IMG/VR virus record: IMGVR_UViG_3300049001_000080
Coordinates: 1-64,000 of that record
Direction: 5' to 3' (one strand)
Length of the DNA: 64,000 nucleotides
Origin: a virus
Shown piece after piece: positions 9,801-18,339 of this stretch (its first letter is position 1; the number at the start of each line of letters is the position of its first letter). The notes beneath the pieces were generated by a model, which searched no databases, was not told where the DNA came from, and saw only the letters and a list, made by a program, of their open reading frames with translations. Position numbers and translations under genes: made by a program.

Positions 9801-10543
9801 GGGTTGTGGTAGAACCCCGAGACGTGGCCCTCGGTGCTGATCGCCCACAGGTTCTTGAGGCCCTGGTCGTCCATGGCCCAGAGGCAGATGTGGTTGTAGA
9901 GCTTCTCGCCCGGCTTGGCGGGCTCCTTTACGTGGCGGTCGTGGACGAAGTAGGCCTCGATCCCGAAGCCCGGCCTGATACCCACGCGCTCGCACTGGAC
10001 GGCGAGGTCCGGGTGCCCGGTGACGAAGCCGTGGTCCGTCAGCGGCAGGAACGGCGACCCGTCCTCCGCAGCCCGGTCAGCTAGGCCGGCGACGGTCGAC
10101 AGGCCGTCGAGCGGTGAGAACTCCGAGTGCACATGGGTCGGGGCACATATGAGCAGGCCGAGCTGGGCGGCCTCCGGGCGATCAGGCTCCAGCGCGCGGA
10201 GCACGACGTCCTCGTAGGAGGGCGGCTCGCCGAGCCAGGTGGACCAGCCGCGCGGGACCAGGACGCCCTCGTCCGGGCGCTCCTCGCGGTGGGCCTCGAA
10301 GTCGGCGTCGGTGAGGACGCGGTACCGGCCTGGACCGTCCACCACGACCAGCAGGCTGGCGGAGCCCATGCTCGCCTGCGCCCAGGTGCGCAGGCGGATC
10401 GAGCCGGCCTGGTCGGGGTGCAGGAGCAGCACGCCTGCGTCGTCGACGTCCCGCGCCAGGCAGGGCGCGGGGAAGGACCGGCCGGCCACCTCGACGGTGG
10501 TCTGGTCGATCGAGAGGTCCTCGGAGTACTCGTAGCCGGGCAT
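6809..10543 (-). CDS. dnaE: DNA polymerase III alpha subunit (DnaE)
   Basis: PHP motifs HVHSEFSPLDG, LTDHG, ADSHY; GPGRGS; catalytic PDFDIDF; GVFQIE; FAQYSFNKGHS; C-terminal OB fold. Confidence 0.97.
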   Translation of the reverse strand: MPGYEYSEDLSIDQTTVEVAGRSFPAPCLARDVDDAGVLLLHPDQAGSIRLRTWAQASMGSASLLVVVDGPGRYRVLTDADFEAHREERPDEGVLVPRGWSTWLGEPPSYEDVVLRALEPDRPEAAQLGLLICAPTHVHSEFSPLDGLSTVAGLADRAAEDGSPFLPLTDHGFVTGHPDLAVQCERVGIRPGFGIEAYFVHDRHVKEPAKPGEKLYNHICLWAMDDQGLKNLWAISTEGHVSGFYHNPRIDWDVLERLGDGIMASSGCLGGPLSQAILKGRVDEARQLLGRFLAIFGDRFYIEIHVNHLPEQMDVNRQLAALARETGTPMIAAADSHYTDRSDAELHEAWMALQTGKTLGEDTGMFGGEQLYHYHTADEVAAALAYLGEDVVVEAMANTLKLAERCAAKIVKKDSYPVYSRGPVEEAVPADVARLTDLCLSNWERKVKGKRLPEQVYVDRLLYELNELYVPQQLCGFVLVTSDAVRWAKGQGCLVGPGRGSCVASLVAYLSDITDADPVEADLPVERFLTPERKDMPDFDIDFPASWRDRILGYLRDRWGDDRVLRISTHQVERVKSAVNDARRVLTPRLALRGVVPDYADFYRFTAVVDSYAAGLAGQPPKWDDLFRLYADVLDPIRKANPEIFDMAERICGRLRTYGTHPSGVVVSTDESLAYLPQRLDKDGSKVCQFDYRQLDMLGYLKYDFLTLTTLDMLQKAIDLVRERRAIEIKPADWRDEYLDGAVWDDLCRGDTTGVFQIETKAGRDVTRALKPRSVADLSVIMALNRPGPKKSKLDETYMRRRHGVEEVSYPDPRLESILGETYGVIVYQEQIMRICVVLAGYSLGEADSKVRKVLGKKLVDKVGAAGEEFVRRAVECGTDRAVADQLWAEMRTFAQYSFNKGHSWAYATLAYWSAWIKHHYPLEFITAALSILDEERVPDFVAEAKKRGFDVLPPDVNESKLGWTPVDTDGGGVIRYGLGSIKGLGPKSGPLIVAAQPFGGVEDFTARLVEPKGSKVNSGHLAVLVAVGAFDSMHPHRRALEQQLQRETTGDALRCVHKDESALGPGGLPCGFDWAHEPDPPMVTKGRGEARTSTPKPPPARCTTACRQYLKPPPLDPATVVPYTRDDIGARERALLGVSLTATPFDRVPERELAAAHKASDVEEGATGRYIVVGVVTRATVKVDRSGRDYAWVGLNAQDGELDASCWSSAWERLKRDLRTDALVVAVVVKDDRGVTITDASPI

Positions 10544-10554
10544 GACACCTCCTC

Positions 10555-10603
10555 GCCCGCGGCGCCCACTGAGGCAGGGGAGTCCTCAGTGGGCGCCGCG
10601 GGG
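10555..10603. terminator. 20-bp perfect inverted-repeat hairpin between ssb and dnaE
   Basis: gcccgcggcgcccactgagg (10555-74) / cctcagtgggcgccgcgggc (10584-603). Confidence 0.65.
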
Positions 10604-10623
10604 CTAGCGCATCGAGTCGGGTG

Positions 10624-11877
10624 TCAGCCGATGATGACGGCGGGGGCTTCGGACTCGGGCTTGCCCTTGCCCTTGGCTCCGGCCGGTGACACGCCCTTGA
10701 CCACGCGGTCGCGCACGGCCGCCAGGTCGACCTCCGCGGAGGTCGAGGTCGCCGGCTCCTCTGCGGGCGCCTGCTGCGCTGCCGGCGTGTCAGCGTCCGG
10801 CGGGCGGTGCGCCCACGGCGGCTCGTCGTCATCGGCCGGCTTGGGGTCGGGCGCGTCCATCGGCTCCACGCGGGCGCGCAGGGCCTCCAGAGCAGCGCTG
10901 GGCAGGGTGGTGTCCCCGGACGGCGCTGCCGGACCACTGGAGCCGCCTGAGGTCTCGCCCTCACCCGGCACGAAGAAGGTGTTGTAGTAGTCGTCGCTGG
11001 CCAACCGGGTCACGATCGTGCGCAGGTCCGGCAGGTCCGGCAGGTACTTCTTGACGATGCGGGGGTCGGCCAGGTCGAAGAGGATCGGCTGCACCGGCTC
11101 GCCCTCCGGGGTCTCCGGGTTGGGCACGAACTGCTTCGCCTGCTGCGGGCTGACCTTGTACTCGGTGTCGTTCATGCCGGTGCCGGACCGCGTCACCAGG
11201 AACACGGTGTCGGACAGCGACCCCCAGTCCTGGCCCATGCCCCAGAAGGTCGAGTAGAAGTTCTTCCAGGACAGGCTGCACTGCCGGATGTCGGGGACCT
11301 GCGTCGACTCGCCGGTCTCGTTGCCGTCGGCGTCGGTGCGCTTGATCTCCTTCATCTGCGGTTTGAACGACACGACGCGGCCGACCTGGTGCGCGCCGAT
11401 CTGACCGGCCGCGACCATCTCCTCGGTGCCGCGGACGGGCTCCATCACGAGCACCAGCGAGTAGGTCTGGTCGAACGGCCGGACCGACTTCCCCTTGTAC
11501 TTGCCCTCGGCCTCCTTGACGTTGGCGCAGATCCAGCAGTCGCCGAAGGCCAGCTTGAACGGCCCCTCGTTGCGGCACACCGCCGACATGTTGGGTGGCC
11601 ACTTCTTCCCGCTCTTGTAGTCCTTCGGCGCGCGCTTGGTCGGCACGAAGCTGTGGGACTTGACGGTGATCCAGGCCGTCGGCACGCCGGGGTTCGACGC
11701 CACGTCGTTGACGAACATGAAGTACGCGCTCTCCTGGTCCTCCAGCTTGAACGTCCCGAGCCGGTCGAACCCCTGCTTGCGCGCCTTGGCCGCCTGCTCG
11801 GCAGCCGCCCCGCCCATATGTCCGCCGAAGTCGATCTCGACCTCGGCCTCGGCCGTCGCGCCCTGTGTTGATGTCAT
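10624..11877 (-). CDS. ssDNA-binding protein (gp32-like) with acidic/Pro-rich tail
   Basis: H...C...CWIC Zn ligands; VTRSGTGMNDTEYKV; acidic C-terminus; next to dnaE. Confidence 0.65.
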   Translation of the reverse strand: MTSTQGATAEAEVEIDFGGHMGGAAAEQAAKARKQGFDRLGTFKLEDQESAYFMFVNDVASNPGVPTAWITVKSHSFVPTKRAPKDYKSGKKWPPNMSAVCRNEGPFKLAFGDCWICANVKEAEGKYKGKSVRPFDQTYSLVLVMEPVRGTEEMVAAGQIGAHQVGRVVSFKPQMKEIKRTDADGNETGESTQVPDIRQCSLSWKNFYSTFWGMGQDWGSLSDTVFLVTRSGTGMNDTEYKVSPQQAKQFVPNPETPEGEPVQPILFDLADPRIVKKYLPDLPDLRTIVTRLASDDYYNTFFVPGEGETSGGSSGPAAPSGDTTLPSAALEALRARVEPMDAPDPKPADDDEPPWAHRPPDADTPAAQQAPAEEPATSTSAEVDLAAVRDRVVKGVSPAGAKGKGKPESEAPAVIIG

Positions 11878-11885
11878 CGCTGCTC

Positions 11886-12896
11886 TCATCCTGTTGTCTG
11901 GTGCGCCATCGGCGCTGCGCTCGGTGTGATCACCGCGACGAGGTCGATAGCCCGCGTCGCGTCGTGCTGGTCGGGCCAGTGGTGCTCGTCGACGAGGAGG
12001 ACGTCGACCCGGCCGACCCGTGCGTGCACCCAGGGGTGCGGTGTCTCCCCCTTGATCCCGACGGCCAGTCGGGCGTGGAGCCCCCTCTCGCTGGCGGCGG
12101 AGACGAGGAGCCGCTGCCACAGGGCCAGCAGGCGCTCATCGTCGGAGTCGCTCCGCCACCGGTAGTAGCCGTAGGGGTACCTGGCGGGCGGCGGGGCCTC
12201 ATCATGATGCTCGCAAGCATCCTTGGAGTCAACGGCCTGCGGGCCGTGCAGGCGCACGTCATCTGGACCCCAGCCCATCTGCTCGCCGACCACCGACGCC
12301 AGCTCGCCGTCGGTGAGCCCGACCTGACCGTGCCGGGTCCGCAGCACCCAGCCGGCGAACATGAACTCGGAGTAGTCGGCCTGCTCCTGCGCCTGACGCT
12401 GCTCGGCCAGGTAGGTGTCCTCGAAGCGCTCGTCCGGCGGGGTCCGGTCGTACCGGCGCCGGGTCTCGGGATCCAGGAGCTGGGCCAGGACGTACGTCAG
12501 GCGGGGGGAGGACGGGCCGTCGAGGGCCAGGTAGGCGCGCCGCAGCTCGTCCTTGCCGGCGCGCCAGCCCACCCCCAGCTCGCGGTAGTAGCCCTCGACG
12601 TCCCAGGACCACGGCGGTTCGTAGTGGCCGAGGGGCACGAGGTCGGTGCAGGTGCTGAACAGCACCGGGCCGTCGCCCACCCGCCAGGGGCGCTCAGGGT
12701 CGCGGCTGCTCTCGATCGCACCGCGGGTCGGGCTGGCCGTCACGACGCGGCTCTCCCGCGTCCTCGGCGTCTCGATCGTCGCCCCGCCGGTCGTCTGGGT
12801 CCGGCTGGTCGGGCAGGACCTGGCCGGTACCGTGCTTGACGATCGCCACGTCTCCTCCTCGGGTCGCTGATCACGGGCAGTGTCCATCGTGGACAC
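11886..12896 (-). CDS. J-domain (DnaJ-like) protein; start uncertain
   Basis: YYRELGV...DELRRAY...LLDPETRRRYD; no HPD motif. Confidence 0.6.
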   Translation of the reverse strand: MSTMDTARDQRPEEETWRSSSTVPARSCPTSRTQTTGGATIETPRTRESRVVTASPTRGAIESSRDPERPWRVGDGPVLFSTCTDLVPLGHYEPPWSWDVEGYYRELGVGWRAGKDELRRAYLALDGPSSPRLTYVLAQLLDPETRRRYDRTPPDERFEDTYLAEQRQAQEQADYSEFMFAGWVLRTRHGQVGLTDGELASVVGEQMGWGPDDVRLHGPQAVDSKDACEHHDEAPPPARYPYGYYRWRSDSDDERLLALWQRLLVSAASERGLHARLAVGIKGETPHPWVHARVGRVDVLLVDEHHWPDQHDATRAIDLVAVITPSAAPMAHQTTG

Positions 12897-13971
12897 TCTT
12901 GCAGAACCAGCAGCTCAGCGCCTTCGGTGGCTGCCAGAGGCAGGCCGGCACGGCGCCCGCGTACAGCTCCGCGACCGTCAGGTCGTCCATGTCGCCTGGG
13001 TCGGCCGCCCAGGGGCTGTCGACCACCCAGACGTCGGTGTAGGGAGTCAGGCGGTCGATCAGCCCGGGCCTGCGCTGGCGGCCCTCCTGGGCGCCCTGGA
13101 CCGCCTTCCAGCCGGCGTCGTCGTTGTCCATCCACAGCACGACCCGCTTGTGCTCGGCGATCAGACGGACCTGGGCGTCGGTCACCTCGCTGCCGAAGGT
13201 CGCCTCGATGGGCAGGTGGTGCGTGTGCCGCAGCACGCTCATCGGCGACTCGACCACCACGGCGATCCGACGCGCGGGGTCGTAGTTGTAGATCGTGCGC
13301 CCGGCCGGGAACTCGCCGGTGCTGAGGTACTTGGGGCTGCCGTCGTCGTAGAGCCGGCGGGACTGCCAGCCCACCAGGTCGCCGCGCCAGAAGTGCGGGA
13401 AGACGACGCGCTCCCCCGTCCGGCCCTGGTCGTCGAGGGGGAACCGCTCGGCGTACCCCACCCGCAGCGCCCGCACGTTCTCCCTCGGCACACCGCGACC
13501 CTTGGGCACGGCGTCGACGGGGTCGGTGAGGTAGGGGTGGATGAGCATCCACGGCGCGATGGCCCGCTCGCTCATCCTCGGGATCGGCGTCAGCCCGCGG
13601 CGGGGCGCGGCCTCCATCGCGTCGATGATGGACAGCAGCGTGCCGGCGTCCCAGTCCGGCCCTGTACAGGACTTCTGCTTCAGCCACTCCCGGGCCGCCG
13701 GCCCCGGGATGCCGCGGCACGCGGCGATGAACCAGAGCAGACCACCATAACTATTACAACTAAGACAATTGTAGACAAGCTTCTTATAATTTAGGGAGGC
13801 GGACGGTCGGCTCTCGTCATGCCAGGGCAGCACGCAACAGTGCTCCAGCTCACCCTTCTCGTGCCTGACCCTGATCCGCGTAGCGCCGAACTCGGCCAGC
13901 AGCCCGCGGCACATCTCCTCCTTGACCGCGTCCGGCAGGAGCGCGGTCTCGAAGATCGAGGTCTCGGTCAT
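12871..13971 (-). CDS. DNA primase (Zn-finger + TOPRIM)
   Basis: C..PWHDE..PS......YNCLSC; VVFP; KYL; VVVESPMS; WMDNDDAG. Confidence 0.9.
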   Translation of the reverse strand: MTETSIFETALLPDAVKEEMCRGLLAEFGATRIRVRHEKGELEHCCVLPWHDESRPSASLNYKKLVYNCLSCNSYGGLLWFIAACRGIPGPAAREWLKQKSCTGPDWDAGTLLSIIDAMEAAPRRGLTPIPRMSERAIAPWMLIHPYLTDPVDAVPKGRGVPRENVRALRVGYAERFPLDDQGRTGERVVFPHFWRGDLVGWQSRRLYDDGSPKYLSTGEFPAGRTIYNYDPARRIAVVVESPMSVLRHTHHLPIEATFGSEVTDAQVRLIAEHKRVVLWMDNDDAGWKAVQGAQEGRQRRPGLIDRLTPYTDVWVVDSPWAADPGDMDDLTVAELYAGAVPACLWQPPKALSCWFCKSVHDGHCP

Positions 13972-14297
13972 GACGCCCGCACCCTGGCGCCGTCGTCGTC
14001 CAGCCGACGGCGCGACCCGTCGCGCCACGAGCCGTTCCGCTCGCCCGTGGGGGCCCCGCCGCGGCTCGGCTGGTAGCTAGCGCGCCAGGAGAGCACCTCG
14101 TCGGGGTCGAACAGCCAGGTCGTCTGCCCGCCGACCTCGACTCGCACGCCGCCTGGGAAGCCGTTCGTGGCCCTGCGGCTCAGCCAGGCGTCGGCCTGCC
14201 TGCGGGTGACGCCCAGGAGGGCGGCCACGCTGGAGGTGCCGCGCAGGTAGCGCTCGCCGAGCACCTCGACGTACCTGACGACCTCGGGCGGCCTCAC
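13968..14297 (-). CDS. HTH DNA-binding protein (excisionase/AlpA-like)
   Basis: GTSSVAALLGVTRRQADAW...FP...LFDPDEVLSW. Confidence 0.7.
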   Translation of the reverse strand: MRPPEVVRYVEVLGERYLRGTSSVAALLGVTRRQADAWLSRRATNGFPGGVRVEVGGQTTWLFDPDEVLSWRASYQPSRGGAPTGERNGSWRDGSRRRLDDDGARVRAS

Positions 14298-15601
14298 GCC
14301 GGGGCCACCGAGCAGCGCACGGACATCTTGCCGACGTCGATGTGTCGGTTCAGCTCCCAGGCCGCCCCAGGGGGGACGCGACGACCAGCGACCTGCTCGA
14401 ACGTGCACAGGTTGTTGGCCTGCTGCATCCGGTTGGCGTGCAGCGCGAAGGCGAAGGAGCAGGTCCGCTCCACGCCGGAGCCCTCGGCGGCGTGCCGGGC
14501 CTTCGCGTGGCCGTGCTTCTCGATGTACTCCTCGCCCTCGCGGTTCACCTGGTGGATCAGGAGGCAGGGCAGCAGGTGCCGGCCGGTGGAGACGAGGACA
14601 GCCAGCTCCTTGATCGTCCGCCAGATCTCGTCCGGCTTGGTGCCCGCCTTGCGCTCCGTGGTGGGCGACATGAAGGTGAGCTGGTCCAGGATGATCGAGT
14701 CGGCGCCGTAGGCCCTGGCCTGCTGGACGAGCTGGGCCGGCGTCCGCATGTCCTCGTCGGGGTGGAAGATGTGCAGCGGCACGTCGCTCGCGTCGAGCAC
14801 GTCGTGCACCCACGTCTTGAGCTTGTCGTAGTCCTCGGCGTCGAGCTTGCCGTCCTGTAGCTCCTGGATCGAGAGGCCCAGCGCGACGCAGGCGAGCCGG
14901 AGCTGGGTCATCTCGATGCTGTTCTCCATCGTGTAGAGCGCCACCACGCGCCCGCGCTCCCACTCCCTTACCGCCACGAAGTCCGCGAACCATGACTTCC
15001 CTTGCTTCGGAGGAGCCATCACGACAGCGACCTCGCCGTCCCAGACGCCGCGCGTGTGGGCGTCGACCTCCGGCAGGCCGAAGGTCAGGCCGCGGATCGG
15101 GTTGCCGGAGGCGGCCACCCGGTCGTACTCGGCGAGCATGTCCAGGGCGCCGGTGCGCAGGTCGACCGCCGTAGTCCCCGGCTCCAGCTTGGTCGAGATC
15201 ATCGCCAGCTCGGCCGAGTGCGCGGCGATGACCTGACGCCGCTCCTCGGGGGCGCACTCGGCGATCCCGTGCACGAGGCTCCGGGTGAAGCGGGACACCT
15301 CGGAGCGGCCGAAGTCGGCGCGCAGCTCCTCGACCGCCGACTCCATCGTCTCCTCGGGCGGGTGGTGGACGTCGACCTCATGGTCGGACAGGACGTGCCG
15401 GTCGGTCTCCCACCGCCGCACGATCACGTCGGCGGTGGGCGCCCGGTTGCCCTGGCGCAGGTAGCCCAGCGCCCACTGGACGACGGGCCTCAGCCCGGGG
15501 CTGGGCAGCAGCTCCAGCTCCAGCCCCTCGCGGGCCAGGCTCTTAAGGCTCTCGGTGTCGGTGAGCAGGCCGACCACGACCCGCTCGGCCGCAGTGCTCA
15601 C
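14294..15601 (-). CDS. DnaB-like replicative helicase
   Basis: Walker A APPKQGKS, YTMEN, IILDQL, IHQVNREG. Confidence 0.9.
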   Translation of the reverse strand: MSTAAERVVVGLLTDTESLKSLAREGLELELLPSPGLRPVVQWALGYLRQGNRAPTADVIVRRWETDRHVLSDHEVDVHHPPEETMESAVEELRADFGRSEVSRFTRSLVHGIAECAPEERRQVIAAHSAELAMISTKLEPGTTAVDLRTGALDMLAEYDRVAASGNPIRGLTFGLPEVDAHTRGVWDGEVAVVMAPPKQGKSWFADFVAVREWERGRVVALYTMENSIEMTQLRLACVALGLSIQELQDGKLDAEDYDKLKTWVHDVLDASDVPLHIFHPDEDMRTPAQLVQQARAYGADSIILDQLTFMSPTTERKAGTKPDEIWRTIKELAVLVSTGRHLLPCLLIHQVNREGEEYIEKHGHAKARHAAEGSGVERTCSFAFALHANRMQQANNLCTFEQVAGRRVPPGAAWELNRHIDVGKMSVRCSVAPA

Positions 15602-16437
15602 TCGATCACCACGGGGCGCACCAGCCGGAGGTCCCGCTCCTTGAGGCGGCGCAGCCGGACCTCCTCGCGGCGGTCGGGGCCGGAGAACTCCACCAGCTCG
15701 GAGCACTCGTACAGGACCGACATGGTGTGGCCGCCGTACCCCGTCCGGATCTCCTCGGGCGTGAGGTTGGTGGTCAGGATCGTCGGCATGCTCTGCTGCA
15801 CCCGGTGCCGGATGACCTCCTCCAGGGTGGAGTCGGCGATGCTCCTGACCCCCTTGTGCTCGCGGCCCAGGTCGTCGATCAGCAGCACCCCGGCGTTGCG
15901 CACGCGTCGCACGAACCAGGCCCGCTCCGCCTTGTCGGTCCAGCCGCCGGAGAACGAGGAGAGCAGGCTCGCGAAGGTGGTCGAGTACCCGTCGAACCCG
16001 GAGGACACGAGCCGCTTGAGCAGCAGCTCGGCGAACATCGTCTTTCCCGTCCCGCGGCCCTCGCCGTGCAGGATCAGCCCGAGGCCGGAGTCGATGTACT
16101 CGGCGGCGCTCGCGGTGTACCGCTCGGCGAGGTCGAGGTGGGCGACGTTGACGCTGAACTGGTCGACCCAGCTCAGGCGCTGGTAGGCCAGCCCGATGCC
16201 CGAGTAGAGGAAGCGCAGGTGCAGGTACCCCTGGTTGCCCGGCGGGCACTCGTACTCGCCCACCTGCTCCCGCTGGGTCATCGGCGCGTACCAGCGGAAG
16301 GAGCCGGTGCCCCGGCAGGTCACGCAGTGGTCGTGGTCGACGGCCAGCCCGGGGTAGCGACTCTCCAGCTCGTCGAGCTGCTCGTCGGGCAGCGAGAGGA
16401 CGGTGCTGGGAACGGGCGGTAGCTGGAGGAGCGGCAT
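15598..16437 (-). CDS. DnaC/IstB-like helicase loader ATPase
   Basis: GRGTGKT, LLIDDLGRE, PTILTTNL, FSGPDRR. Confidence 0.9.
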   Translation of the reverse strand: MPLLQLPPVPSTVLSLPDEQLDELESRYPGLAVDHDHCVTCRGTGSFRWYAPMTQREQVGEYECPPGNQGYLHLRFLYSGIGLAYQRLSWVDQFSVNVAHLDLAERYTASAAEYIDSGLGLILHGEGRGTGKTMFAELLLKRLVSSGFDGYSTTFASLLSSFSGGWTDKAERAWFVRRVRNAGVLLIDDLGREHKGVRSIADSTLEEVIRHRVQQSMPTILTTNLTPEEIRTGYGGHTMSVLYECSELVEFSGPDRREEVRLRRLKERDLRLVRPVVIE

Positions 16438-16482
16438 GCGCGTCGACCTCTCTGGCGGTGTGCTGGCGGTGGCGGTGACGAG

Positions 16483-16908
16483 CTAGCGGCGGAGGCGCTC
16501 CGCGATGGGGCCGGCGAAGTCGACGTCAGCGGCCCTACAGAACCTGGTGATCCCCACGGCGCCGGCCCAGTGGCCGTCCTGCGGAGGCGCGAACGCGAAG
16601 CGGGCGATGGGCACCGCCAGCTCGCCCCACTGGCGCAGGAACCGCTTGAATATCGCGGCCTCCCGGGCCGGGTCGCGGCCCTGGATCGGCCCGCGGCGGG
16701 CCTCGACCTCTGCCACCACGTAGTCGCGCAGGTCGCTCCAGGTCCACTGGTCCTGCGGGCGGGCCAGGTAGGAGGCGGCCGTGGACATCGGCGCGCGGCG
16801 GGGGGTGACGGTGACCCGCTGGACGACGCGAGGCACCTCGGTCGTGATCACCAGGCGGACGACCCCGGATGCATCCCGGGCCGTCGTCACCGACTCAGCG
16901 CTCGACAC
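16483..16908 (-). CDS. Hypothetical protein
   Basis: ORF in the operon, GC3 bias. Confidence 0.6.
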   Translation of the reverse strand: MSSAESVTTARDASGVVRLVITTEVPRVVQRVTVTPRRAPMSTAASYLARPQDQWTWSDLRDYVVAEVEARRGPIQGRDPAREAAIFKRFLRQWGELAVPIARFAFAPPQDGHWAGAVGITRFCRAADVDFAGPIAERLRR

Positions 16909-17203
16909 CGACGACCTCCTCCTCGACGCGGCCGAACTGGTCGCGGAGCACGCTCTGGCGGAACGCCGCCACCACCGGCTCCACCCGGGCGCGGACGCCC
17001 TCCGGCTCGGCCTCTAGGTCGCCGTCGTGGCCGATCACGACGGTGCTCGACTTGTGCACCAGGCAGACCTGGCCGTCCGGCCGGACGAGGGCCCAGTGGT
17101 AGCTGTCGGACCCGCAGACGTAGCCGGCGACCTCGTGCCCGGCCACCAGCGCGGTCACCCTACGGCCCTCGCGGACCGCCCACCCGATCTGACGGTCGGA
17201 CAT
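16895..17203 (-). CDS. Hypothetical protein (small beta-rich, Sm/SH3-like?)
   Basis: ATG at 17203 after AAGG; beta-strand pattern. Confidence 0.55.
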   Translation of the reverse strand: MSDRQIGWAVREGRRVTALVAGHEVAGYVCGSDSYHWALVRPDGQVCLVHKSSTVVIGHDGDLEAEPEGVRARVEPVVAAFRQSVLRDQFGRVEEEVVGVER

Positions 17204-17442
17204 CCTTGACCCGGCGTGGGGGACCTGCCTTCGAGCACCTGACACGCTGACGCGCCCCCTCACGAAGGAGAGGCCCCGGCACAGCTCGGGCCGGCTGAGT
17301 CGAGCCGGGGCCGGCGGTACGGGGGGCACCACAGAGCTGCCGGTGGAGCTGAGACGTCCTAGCGTGGCGGTCCCGTACCTGCTCCCCGGACCGTAGCACG
17401 ACGAGCCGCTGACCAGCAGTTTCCCGTCGAGGGTGGTCGCCC

Positions 17443-18333
17443 TCATAGCCACGATCCTGCCCGGTCGCCCCACAGCGTCCCCCGCGCGAGGTGCTCCTCG
17501 ATCCGACGCAGCTCGTACCGGCGCAGGAAGCTCACGAGGTGCGGGTAGAGGGCGTCGCCCGGGGCCGTCAGGCGGGTCGGGGGCGGCGTGACGTGCAGCA
17601 GGGTGGACTCCGCCCGCAGGTCCACCAGGCGCAGGCTCAGCTCCACCAGGGCGCGCTCCGCGGCCTCCAGCCCACCCAGCACCTCGGGCCAGCTCCAGCC
17701 GGCGGCCTGGAGCATCTTGGCGGCCCGCTTCGGCCCTACCCCGCGCAGCCCCGGCACCGAGTCGCCGGGGTCGCCCTGGAGGGCCATCGCCATGGCGAGG
17801 TGCTCGGGGCGACAGCCGAGGGCCGTGTACACCCGGGCCTCGTCCCAGCGCTCGGTCGCGTTGCGCCCGGTGCCCACCTTGACCTGCGTGGTGCCCGGAT
17901 CGACGAGCTGGAGCAGGTCGTGGTCGCCAGACACGATGACCACGCGCCCATCATGGGCGCGGACGGCCCGCCAGTACGAGGCGATCAGGTCGTCGGCCTC
18001 CCAGCCGGGCACCTCCGTGTGGAGGATGCCGGAGAGGGTGAGGAACTCCTTGGCCATCGCGAAGGGCGAGTGCTCGCCGTGCTCGCGGCGTCGCTCGCGG
18101 TCCTCCTTGTAGCGGGCGTAGAGGGCGGTCCGGAACTCCGACCGGCCCCCGTCCCAGCAGACCACCACGGACGCCGGCTGCTCCTCGCGGACGTGCCGCG
18201 CGACGCTGTTGATGAACGTCATCACGGCGCCGGTGGGCGCCCCGTCACCGACGAGCCCGGCGTGCTCCATCCCCTTGACCGCCCGCATGAGCACGTTGTT
18301 TCCGTCGATGAGCAGCGTGGGTCCATCGGCCAT
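17443..18333 (-). CDS. 5'-3' exonuclease / flap endonuclease (PolI N-terminal-like)
   Basis: LLIDGNN, WDGG, YK..R, EADDLI, SGDHDLLQL, GDPGDSVPG..GVGPK.A. Confidence 0.93.
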   Translation of the reverse strand: MADGPTLLIDGNNVLMRAVKGMEHAGLVGDGAPTGAVMTFINSVARHVREEQPASVVVCWDGGRSEFRTALYARYKEDRERRREHGEHSPFAMAKEFLTLSGILHTEVPGWEADDLIASYWRAVRAHDGRVVIVSGDHDLLQLVDPGTTQVKVGTGRNATERWDEARVYTALGCRPEHLAMAMALQGDPGDSVPGLRGVGPKRAAKMLQAAGWSWPEVLGGLEAAERALVELSLRLVDLRAESTLLHVTPPPTRLTAPGDALYPHLVSFLRRYELRRIEEHLARGTLWGDRAGSWL

Positions 18334-18339
18334 TTCTAC

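Noticed and set aside
13741-13794. DGR variable region as the cause of the AT-rich patch
   Set aside because: No reverse transcriptase or template repeat in the window; changes are synonymous and mostly C-to-T rather than at adenines
15598-16437. IS21 IstB / transposon
   Set aside because: No IstA; it sits beside DnaB, so it is a helicase loader
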